Assembly: GCA_964615205.1 (NCBI GenBank)
Contig: CAZTQA010000001.1
Span: 64,510 to 128,509, forward strand
From: an uncultured Candidatus Saccharibacteria bacterium
GTDB taxonomy: Bacteria > Patescibacteriota > Minisyncoccia > Minisyncoccales > JAGMDC01
Direction of reading: 5' to 3'
Length of the DNA: 64,000 nucleotides
The position numbers and the translations under genes were made by a program. Positions 1 through 7,706 of this stretch are shown piece after piece. The notes below the pieces were generated by a model, which made no database searches, was not told the origin of the DNA, and saw nothing but the letters and a program-made list of their open reading frames with translations. Numbering within the stretch: the first letter of the stretch is position 1; the number at the start of each line of letters is the position of its first letter.

Positions 1-1029
1 TACCAGCCAACAGGCACTGGTGAGTCGCCCTTAGCTAAGATTAAAGAATGGGTTAACGTTGCTTGTCCTAAGTGCGGCGGTCCAGCTAAAAGAGAAACTG
101 ATACCATGCCTAACTGGGCTGGTTCTTCCTGGTACTTTATACGTTATTGCGATCCTGATAATGGTAGATCTTTAGCTGACAAAAATAAGCTTCAATACTG
201 GATGCCGGTTGACTGGTATAATGGCGGTTTTGAACATATCACTTTGCATTTATTGTATTCTCGTTTTTGGTACAAGTTTCTTTACGACATCAAAGTTGTA
301 CCACAGGATGAACCATATAGTCGCCGTACCTCTCACGGTATTGTTTTGGCTGAAGACGGAAGAAAGATGTCTAAATCGTTTGGCAATGTTATTACTCCCG
401 ATGAGATTATCCAGAAATTTGGCGCTGATACTTTAAGGATTTATGAAATGTTTATGGGTCCTTTTGATCAAGCCATTGCCTGGAGTGAAGATGGGATCAA
501 AGGAGTTTATAGATTTCTTCAAAAAGTTTGGAAGCTTCAAGAGAAAGTCAAAAACAAAAGATCAAGTTTTGATAAGTTTATACATCAGACTATTAAGAAA
601 ATCAATGACGATTTAGAAGAATGTAAATTCAATACCGCAGTTTCTGCTTTAATGATTCTGGTTAATGGAATGGAAAAAGAAAAAGAATTATCCAAAGATG
701 ATTATTCTTCATTTTTAATTCTTTTAGCTCCTTTTGCTCCTCATTTGACAGAAGAACTTTGGTCTCAACTAGGCAATAAAGATTCTGTTTTTAAGGAGAA
801 ATGGCTAAAGTATGATTCAGAATTAGCCAGAGAAGAAAAAATAAATTTGATTATCCAGGTTAATGAAAAAATGCGGGATAAGATTAAAGTTGAACCAAAT
901 ATTTCTGAAGAAGAAGCCAAGAAATTGACATTAGAAAGAGAAAAGGTTAAAAAATGGATACAAGGCAAAGAAATTAAAAAGATTGTTTTTGTTCCTGGAA
1001 GATTAATTAATATAGTATGTGTGGGATAG
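1..1029 (+). CDS. leuS: Leucyl-tRNA synthetase, C-terminal part (5' end lies outside the window)
   Basis: Frame 1 is open from nt 1 (YQPTGTGESPLAKIKEWVNVACPKCGG..). Class I KMSKS loop (RKMSKSFGN) and LeuRS-type C-terminal domain. Confidence 0.9.
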   Translation, partial: YQPTGTGESPLAKIKEWVNVACPKCGGPAKRETDTMPNWAGSSWYFIRYCDPDNGRSLADKNKLQYWMPVDWYNGGFEHITLHLLYSRFWYKFLYDIKVVPQDEPYSRRTSHGIVLAEDGRKMSKSFGNVITPDEIIQKFGADTLRIYEMFMGPFDQAIAWSEDGIKGVYRFLQKVWKLQEKVKNKRSSFDKFIHQTIKKINDDLEECKFNTAVSALMILVNGMEKEKELSKDDYSSFLILLAPFAPHLTEELWSQLGNKDSVFKEKWLKYDSELAREEKINLIIQVNEKMRDKIKVEPNISEEEAKKLTLEREKVKKWIQGKEIKKIVFVPGRLINIVCVG

Positions 1030-2822
1030 TCGGTTACATTGGAAAAAGGGATGCTTTTCCCATTTTATTATCAGGATTGAAGCGACTTGAATATAGAGGA
1101 TATGATTCCTTTGGTTTTTATATTTCTAATGGAAATGAGGATTTCTTAATTAAAAAAACAGGAAGAATCTCTGATTTTGAAAACCCGGTCGTAAATGGAA
1201 AAATAGGTATTGGCCATACGCGTTGGGCAACAACCGGTACAGTAACCGAAGCCAATACTCATCCTCATTGTGATTGCCATCAAAATATTTTTTTAGTCCA
1301 TAATGGAATTATTGAAAACTATAAAGAGCTTAAGCAATCATTAGAGCAGGAAGGACATCAATTTAAAAGTGAAACAGATACTGAAGTTTTGGCCCATTTG
1401 ATTGAGAAATATTCTTCGGAGCAGGTTCCTTTAGAAGAAGCGGTTAGAGAAGCTCTTAAAAAAGTAAGGGGAACTTATGGTGTTGCAGTTATCTCTAAAA
1501 AAGATCCTCAAAAAATAGTAGCTGCCAAATTTGGTTCTCCTCTAATACTGGGAATAAATTCAGATGAATTTTTAATTGCTTCTGATCCTTCAGCCGTTAT
1601 TTCTCATACTAATCAGATTATTACTTTAGACGATAACGAAATCGCTGTTCTTTCTCCAGAAAAGTTTTTTATTCTTAAAGAAAAACCAATTGAAAAAATT
1701 GAATGGCAGAACGAAGAAGTTCAAAAACAAGGGTTTTCTCATTTTATGCTTAAGGAAATTTTTGAAGAGCCGGAAGCTATTCAAAAAAGCATTGTGGGAA
1801 GGACTGTTTTAGACCAGGGCTTGGCAAGATTAGGAGGGTTGGAGGGTACGGCCGAAAAACTTAAAGAGATTGATAGAATAATCTTAGTGGCTTGTGGAAC
1901 AGCTGGACACGCAGCTAGGATAGGCGAGTATATGTTGGAAGAATATGCAAAAATACCAGCCAAGGTGGAATCAGGTTCAGAATTTCGTTACAAAAACTCT
2001 ATTTTAGATGAAAGAACAACTGTTCTGGCTATTTCTCAATCCGGCGAAACTGCTGACACCTTAGAAGCTGTCAAAGAAGCCAAAAGGAAAAAAAGCTTGG
2101 CCTTGGGTTTAGTCAACACCGTTGGTTCTTCTATTGCCCGGGAAACTGATGCTGGGGTCTATTGTCGTATTGGGCCTGAAATCGGAGTGGCAGCTACTAA
2201 ATCTTTTGTTTCCCAAGTTTCCATTCTAGCTTTGATGACAGTTTTTTTAGGCAGGCAAAGACAAATGAGCTTAGTAACTGGCAAAAGAATTTTAGAAGAA
2301 CTGCAGAAGTTGCCTGAATTAACTCAAAAAATATTTAGCCAAACTGATTATATTAAAGAATTGGCTCAAAAATATGCCCAATACAAAAACTTTTATTTCT
2401 TGGGCAGAAAATACAATGCGCCGGTGGCTTTGGAGGGAGCTCTCAAATTAAAAGAAATTGCCTGGAAAATACATGCCGAGGGTTATCCAGCTGGTGAAAT
2501 GAAGCATGGGCCTATTGCTTTAATTGACGAAGGTTTTCCCACGGTGGTTATTTGTCCTTCTGACTCAGTTTATGATAAAATGAAGAATGCCATTGATGAA
2601 GTTAAAGCTAGGCAGGGAAAAGTATTAGCCATTGCCACTGAAGGCAATGAAGAAATTAAAAACATAGTTGATGATGTTATTTACATTCCCAAAACTCTGG
2701 AGATGTTAACTCCAATTTTAAGTGTAATCCCTTTACAGCTTTTGGCTGCTTATTTGGGCTTGGAATTAGGGTTAGATATTGATAAGCCCAGAAATTTAGC
2801 TAAGAGTGTAACCGTGGAATAA
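1017..2822 (+). CDS. glmS: Glutamine--fructose-6-phosphate aminotransferase
   Basis: MCGIVGY Ntn-amidotransferase start, two SIS domains, conserved C-terminus ..AKSVTVE. 601 aa. Overlaps the leuS stop by 13 nt. Confidence 0.95.
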   Translation: MCGIVGYIGKRDAFPILLSGLKRLEYRGYDSFGFYISNGNEDFLIKKTGRISDFENPVVNGKIGIGHTRWATTGTVTEANTHPHCDCHQNIFLVHNGIIENYKELKQSLEQEGHQFKSETDTEVLAHLIEKYSSEQVPLEEAVREALKKVRGTYGVAVISKKDPQKIVAAKFGSPLILGINSDEFLIASDPSAVISHTNQIITLDDNEIAVLSPEKFFILKEKPIEKIEWQNEEVQKQGFSHFMLKEIFEEPEAIQKSIVGRTVLDQGLARLGGLEGTAEKLKEIDRIILVACGTAGHAARIGEYMLEEYAKIPAKVESGSEFRYKNSILDERTTVLAISQSGETADTLEAVKEAKRKKSLALGLVNTVGSSIARETDAGVYCRIGPEIGVAATKSFVSQVSILALMTVFLGRQRQMSLVTGKRILEELQKLPELTQKIFSQTDYIKELAQKYAQYKNFYFLGRKYNAPVALEGALKLKEIAWKIHAEGYPAGEMKHGPIALIDEGFPTVVICPSDSVYDKMKNAIDEVKARQGKVLAIATEGNEEIKNIVDDVIYIPKTLEMLTPILSVIPLQLLAAYLGLELGLDIDKPRNLAKSVTVE

Positions 2823-2824
2823 AA

Positions 2825-3739
2825 TTGATAGCAATAATCGGTCATAAAAATCCGGACACAGATGCAGTTGTTTCCGCTTGTGTAATGGGGGATTTCTTAA
2901 AAAAAAGAGGCCAAAAAGCCCAGGCTTTTAGAGCAGGTAAGGTAAACAAGGAAACAGAGTTCGTTTTTAAAGAAGCAGGAATAAAAATACCTCCCTTGAT
3001 TAAAAATATATCTAAGAAGGAGGTTTTTTTAGTTGACCATAACGAGTCAGAGCAATCTGTTTCGGGAATTGAAAAGGCAGATGTAACAGGTGTTTTAGAC
3101 CATCATAAGTTAGGAGGCTTAAAAAACGATAAGCCGGTTTATTTTAGGATTGAACCTATTGGAAGCACCTCCACTTTAATTTTTAAATTGTTTCAGGAAA
3201 ATAATTTTATTTTAAATAAAAAGCAAGCCTTTTTATTGCTTTGTGGTATTCTTTCTGATACTTTAAAATTTAAATCTCCTACTGCTACTCCTGAAGATAT
3301 TAAAATAGCTAAACAATTAGCCAAAATTTGTAAAAGCAATATAGAAGAATTAGCTAAAGAAATGTTTAAGGCAAAGTCAGATATATCTGGAATGAGTTTG
3401 AAAGATTTGATTTTTATGGATTACAAAGAATTTCAGAAAAACAAAACTAAGTTTGGCATTGGCGTTCACGAAACAGTTAATCCTAAAAATGTTTTAGATA
3501 AAAGAGATGAAATCATAAAAACTATTTCATCTTCAAAAAAGAAACTTAATACGCCTTTGATTTTTTTCGCTGTAGTTGACATTCTTAAAAAAGAAAGTTA
3601 TCTGTTTGTGGCTGGGGAAAAGGAAAAACTGATTTCTAAAAAAGCTTTTAAGAAGACAAACAAAAATAATTTAGTTTTTCTTTCAAAGATTGTTTCTAGA
3701 AAGAAACAAATTGCTCCGGCAATTCTTAATGTTCTTTAA
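2825..3739 (+). CDS. ppaC: DHH/DHHA2 phosphoesterase, family II inorganic pyrophosphatase-like
   Basis: TTG start. Motifs GHKNPDTDAV, VDHNE, LDHHKLGG and GILSDT are typical of family II PPase. Confidence 0.65.
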   Translation: MIAIIGHKNPDTDAVVSACVMGDFLKKRGQKAQAFRAGKVNKETEFVFKEAGIKIPPLIKNISKKEVFLVDHNESEQSVSGIEKADVTGVLDHHKLGGLKNDKPVYFRIEPIGSTSTLIFKLFQENNFILNKKQAFLLLCGILSDTLKFKSPTATPEDIKIAKQLAKICKSNIEELAKEMFKAKSDISGMSLKDLIFMDYKEFQKNKTKFGIGVHETVNPKNVLDKRDEIIKTISSSKKKLNTPLIFFAVVDILKKESYLFVAGEKEKLISKKAFKKTNKNNLVFLSKIVSRKKQIAPAILNVL

Positions 3740-3803
3740 ATTCTTTATAGTTGTGGATAACTAGCCTTACATTTTCTGTTTTGATATTGTATCATATATA
3801 AAT

Positions 3804-4469
3804 ATGAGACTATTTATTTTATCTTGTTTTTTAACTGTTTTTTTACTAACTGGTTCTATGGTTTGTGCAGCCAGTTTAAGTTTATCGCCAGCCACTAACT
3901 CTTACAATGTGGGCGATGTATTTGAAGTTAAGATTATATTGAACACCGGCTTAGCAGATACAGATGGAGTAGATATTTATTATTTAAACTATCCTCAGAG
4001 TTCGCTAGAAGTTCAAGGAACACAAATTACAGATAATTCTCTTTATCCTATTACGGTTACAAATAATGCTTCTAATGGAAAAATTAATTTTTCTCAGGTT
4101 GTGGAGGGCGGTACCCATTATTCAACGGACGATTCTGAAAAAGTTTTAGCAACGATTACTTTTAAAGTTATAACGCAAGACACAGCTAATCTTTATTTTG
4201 ATTTTAAAGAAGGCTATACAGATGATTGTAATGTGGCTAGCGATGGTAATGATATATTAACATTGGCTACGGGAGCAAATTATTTTTTAGGTGAAGAAAT
4301 ATCTCAATCAGCTGATTTGGATGGAGACGATATTGTTGGCCCTTTAGATTTTGCGCAATTAATGATAAATTGGGGTTCTACTGATCGTTCTGCTGCCGAT
4401 ATCAACCAAGACGGCAAGGTTAATTCTGTTGATTTCGGCATTATGATGAGTCAGTGGACTACCAGTTAA
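3804..4469 (+). CDS. Secreted cohesin-like domain protein with C-terminal dockerin
   Basis: Signal peptide. N-terminal domain shared with the next three genes (LSLSP..Y.VGD.F.V.I.). Duplicated Ca-binding dockerin segments DLDGDDIVGPLDF and DINQDGKVNSVDF. Confidence 0.6.
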   Translation: MRLFILSCFLTVFLLTGSMVCAASLSLSPATNSYNVGDVFEVKIILNTGLADTDGVDIYYLNYPQSSLEVQGTQITDNSLYPITVTNNASNGKINFSQVVEGGTHYSTDDSEKVLATITFKVITQDTANLYFDFKEGYTDDCNVASDGNDILTLATGANYFLGEEISQSADLDGDDIVGPLDFAQLMINWGSTDRSAADINQDGKVNSVDFGIMMSQWTTS

Positions 4470-4476
4470 AAAAATT

Positions 4477-5085
4477 ATGAATAATAATCAAAGCATTAGT
4501 AAATTCTTAAAAAAGAAGATTAGTTTTTTCAAGGGTATAATTTTAATAATCATAGCTAGTTTCTTTTTATTGACTAGTGTGGGATTTCTACTTATTTATC
4601 AAGAAGTAGACGTAGAAAAAATTTACTTAACCCCACCCATAAATCCGAAGGCATCTCTATATCTTTCTCCGGAAAAAGGTACTTTCAAGGTAGGGGATGA
4701 CTTTATTCTTAATGTTTTAATTAACACTAAAGGAAGCGACATTGTCGCTTCAGCTGTTTATTTGAGCTATAACAGTACCAAGATGGAAGCTTTACACATT
4801 GATACTTCTGAATCTGTTTTCACTATGGAGGCAGAAAAAATAATCGACAATGAATCAGGCAATATTAAGTTAACCTTAGGCAAACCAACTCCAGGAGTTA
4901 ATACTCCTAATGGAAAAGTAGCCACTATTCACTTTAAAACTCTTGAGTCAATTAATCCCCGGAGAGATAATGTTTATTTTAACTTTGATCCAAATTCTTC
5001 TCTTTTTTCAACTGTCATTTTGGATGACAAGTTGGGTACGAATATTTTATCATCCGTTGCTGGAGCAAAAATATTTATTAAATAA
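4477..5085 (+). CDS. Membrane-anchored cohesin-like domain protein
   Basis: N-terminal TM helix (IILIIIASFFLLTSVGFLLI), then a domain with the shared GKPTPGVNTPNGKVATIHFK motif. No dockerin. Confidence 0.55.
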   Translation: MNNNQSISKFLKKKISFFKGIILIIIASFFLLTSVGFLLIYQEVDVEKIYLTPPINPKASLYLSPEKGTFKVGDDFILNVLINTKGSDIVASAVYLSYNSTKMEALHIDTSESVFTMEAEKIIDNESGNIKLTLGKPTPGVNTPNGKVATIHFKTLESINPRRDNVYFNFDPNSSLFSTVILDDKLGTNILSSVAGAKIFIK

Positions 5086-5117
5086 TAGAATATCTTAAAT
5101 CCAATATTTTTAATCTT

Positions 5118-6488
5118 ATGGAAAACAAAAAATATATTTCGAAATCAATCTTTATAGGTCTTTCGTTTATTATTTTTATTTTATTATTAATTAGCAATCC
5201 CTTAGAAACTGAAGCGGGGTGGGTTGGTAACTCAAGTTATGCTACCTTAAGATTAAGTCCTTATACCGGTGTGTATAAATTAGGAAATACTTTTTCAGTA
5301 GATGTTTATATGAATACCTATGGTCAGAACATAGTGGTTGCATCTATATTTTTAGAATACGACCCGGCTAAGTTTGAAGTAATTTCTTATGATACTACCA
5401 GTTCTGTTTTTTATGACCCAACAGGAACAAAAGAAATTTACGATGACTCAGAAATAGCCAATGGTAAATTCAGGCTTACTATAGGCAAACCAACTCCAGG
5501 AGTTAATACTTCTAATGGAAAAGTAGCCACGATTGTTTTAAAAGGAATGGGCGATACAGGCGTTCCTTCTTCTGATAACTTTACCTTTGATTTTGATTTT
5601 AGTCCACCGTCAACAAATGAATCGAATTTGCTTTTAGAGGGGGAAGTAGAAGATGTTCTTAAGGGAGTTTTAAATGCTAAATTCAGCATTGACGGAACAG
5701 CTCCACCTAAGATAACTAATTTTAATGCCACTGGTTATAATGGCTATATATCACTCTCTTGGACAAATCCAACACCAACACTTGATTTTGATAAGGTAAA
5801 AATTTTGAGAAAAACAACTAGTTCTCCAGCCAATCCTAATGATGGAAGTATGGTTTATGAAGGCACTGGTGAAAGTTATCAGGATTATGGATTGATCAAC
5901 GGGATCACTTATTATTACGCTGCTTTTTCAAAAGATGACGTTGGAAATTATTCTAGTGGTGTTACCGATTCTGCTGTACCCAGAGATCCTGTTGCGCCAG
6001 CCAAAATTACTAATCTTTTAGCCTCTTCTCCCGATTGGACTTCTATTACCCTAAACTGGACAGCTGTAGGAAATGATGGAACTTCTGGTACTGCTGCTAG
6101 TTATGATATTAGATATTCTGCTTCTACCATTACTGATTCTAACTGGTCTTCAGCCCATCAAGTTAATAACGAGCCAGATCCTAAATCAAGCGGAAATAGT
6201 GAATCAATGCAAGTCACCGGATTAGAAAGCGGAATAAATTATTACTTTGCTATAAAAGCTATTGACGAGGGCGGAAATACATCTTCTCTTTCAAATATCA
6301 CCAACGAAAAAACATATAGGCGGGCTGATTTACACAAAGATTATTATGTTAATTCGCAAGATTTTGCTATGTTAATGTCTAATTGGGGTGATCTTACTCG
6401 TCCTTCTCCCGATATAAATCAAGACGGCAATGTAGATTCTCTAGATTTTGCTATTATGATGACTCAATGGAGCAGCAGTGGATATTGA
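5118..6488 (+). CDS. Secreted cohesin-like / 2x fibronectin-III-like / dockerin protein
   Basis: Signal/TM, cohesin-like domain (GKPTPGVNTSNGKVATI), two FN3-like modules (..ISLSWTNP.., ..ITLNWTAVGNDG..YDIRYS..) and a C-terminal dockerin (DINQDGNVDSLDFAIMMTQW). Confidence 0.6.
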   Translation: MENKKYISKSIFIGLSFIIFILLLISNPLETEAGWVGNSSYATLRLSPYTGVYKLGNTFSVDVYMNTYGQNIVVASIFLEYDPAKFEVISYDTTSSVFYDPTGTKEIYDDSEIANGKFRLTIGKPTPGVNTSNGKVATIVLKGMGDTGVPSSDNFTFDFDFSPPSTNESNLLLEGEVEDVLKGVLNAKFSIDGTAPPKITNFNATGYNGYISLSWTNPTPTLDFDKVKILRKTTSSPANPNDGSMVYEGTGESYQDYGLINGITYYYAAFSKDDVGNYSSGVTDSAVPRDPVAPAKITNLLASSPDWTSITLNWTAVGNDGTSGTAASYDIRYSASTITDSNWSSAHQVNNEPDPKSSGNSESMQVTGLESGINYYFAIKAIDEGGNTSSLSNITNEKTYRRADLHKDYYVNSQDFAMLMSNWGDLTRPSPDINQDGNVDSLDFAIMMTQWSSSGY

Positions 6489-6537
6489 TAGTAACGATAA
6501 AAGGTAGTTTTATTAATTTTGTTACAGGATAAAAGTT

Positions 6538-7617
6538 ATGAAAAACTTTGATATTTTTCCAAAACTAATTATTTTAATAGGTATTTTAGGAATTTTTGTA
6601 ATACCTTCTCAAACACAAGCAAGCTTGGTTGGTAATACTAATAAAGCCACCTTAAGTCTTTCTCCTACAAGTGGTTCTTATGATGTTGGAGACACTTTTA
6701 ACTTAGATATAAAAGTAAATACTAATGGGCAGACAACAGTAGTAGTATCTGCTTATCTAAATTACGACAAAGATCATTTCAAAGCTGATAGTATTGATAC
6801 CAAGGGATCGATATTTACTGTTCAGGCTGAAAATAGTATTGATTCAAGCAACGGATTAATAAAGATTTGTCGTGGTAAGCCTACTCCTGGAATTAATACT
6901 AGTGATGGTCATGTAGCCACTGTTAATTTTACAGCTATTTCTAAAGTCACTCCCACTTCTGATAATTTTACTTTTAAATTTACTCCAGGAGCAACAACCG
7001 AATCAAATGTAATTCTAATTGGTGATAATCCTACAGACTTTCTTTCCGGTGTTTATAATGCTCGTATTTCAGTTAGCGGTGATGGCAACGGAACAGGAGA
7101 TTTGACTCCTCCTGTTATTTCTTCAATATCTGTATCTTCTATTAGTAGTTCCGGAGCGGTTATTACTTGGAAAACTAATGAGCCAGCTGATTCTCAAATA
7201 GAGTATGGCTCCAGCGTTAATTATGGTTCTCAAACCATACTCAAGACTAATTTGGTTACTTCTCACTCAGTAAATCTTTCTAATTTATCGCCAGGCACAT
7301 TCTATCATTATCGGATTAAGAGCAGAGATGAGGCTGGCAATCTGTCTACAAGTGGAGATAAAACCTTTACTACAACTGGAGGACAAACACCCAGCCAACC
7401 CAGCCAACCCAGCCAACCCAGCCAACCCAGCCAGCCCAGCCAGCCCAGCCAACCAATAGAATCTATAGAAATTGCAGAGCTTATAGGAGCATTAAAAGAT
7501 ATGAGCGATGAAGAACTAAAGATTAAAATTATTGAAGTTTTTTCCCTATTCTTGGATTTAAATAGCCGAACACTACAGGAATTACTTCTGATTGTGCCTT
7601 TTAAAATACTTTTGTAA
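6538..7617 (+). CDS. Secreted cohesin-like / FN3-like protein with (PSQ)n linker
   Basis: Signal peptide, cohesin-like domain (GKPTPGINTSDGHVATVNF), FN3-like module (AVITWKTNEPADSQIEYG..YHYRIKSRDEAGN), then the PSQPSQ.. repeat. Confidence 0.55.
   Translation: MKNFDIFPKLIILIGILGIFVIPSQTQASLVGNTNKATLSLSPTSGSYDVGDTFNLDIKVNTNGQTTVVVSAYLNYDKDHFKADSIDTKGSIFTVQAENSIDSSNGLIKICRGKPTPGINTSDGHVATVNFTAISKVTPTSDNFTFKFTPGATTESNVILIGDNPTDFLSGVYNARISVSGDGNGTGDLTPPVISSISVSSISSSGAVITWKTNEPADSQIEYGSSVNYGSQTILKTNLVTSHSVNLSNLSPGTFYHYRIKSRDEAGNLSTSGDKTFTTTGGQTPSQPSQPSQPSQPSQPSQPSQPIESIEIAELIGALKDMSDEELKIKIIEVFSLFLDLNSRTLQELLLIVPFKILL
7390..7452 (+). repeat. Seven tandem copies of a 9-nt unit (cccagccaa/g) encoding (PSQ)n
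   Basis: Counted directly: units start at 7390, 7399, 7408, 7417, 7426, 7435 and 7444. Units 5 and 6 end in g. Confidence 0.95.
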
Positions 7618-7647
7618 AGGGATTTCTTAAAATAATTGAGTGTAAAA

Positions 7648-7680
7648 AACTGCTGGAAGATATCAGTCAGTTTTTATTTT
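7648..7680 (+). terminator. Intrinsic terminator after the cohesin cluster
   Basis: AACTGCTG..CAGtCAGTT hairpin (8 bp with one bulge) followed by TTTTTATTTT. Confidence 0.65.
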
Positions 7681-7691
7681 TAAAAATTTTG

Positions 7692-7700
7692 TGTTAACAT
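7692..7700 (+). promoter_or_regulatory. Extended -10 (TGtTAACAT) 6 nt upstream of the iorA ATG
   Basis: tgttaacat at 7692-7700, ATG at 7707, no SD in between. This implies a leaderless or near-leaderless transcript. Confidence 0.4.
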
Positions 7701-7706
7701 AATTAT

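Noticed and set aside
209-968. ORFs 209..436 (+) and 765..968 (-) inside leuS, and the many similar 60-140-aa track ORFs nested in or antisense to strong genes. Examples: 1781..1963, 5438..5731, 9515..9965, 10105..10553, 10677..11027, 11407..11706, 16000..16233, 18939..19513, 21175..21597, 24450..24827, 26461..26823, 30428..31340, 33358..34591, 57028..57727, 59167..59400, 60631..61211, 62674..62874, 63452..63905.
   Set aside because: They overlap confidently identified conserved genes in another frame or strand, have low-complexity or hydrophobic junk composition, and carry no motifs. They are typical shadow ORFs of an AT-rich genome.
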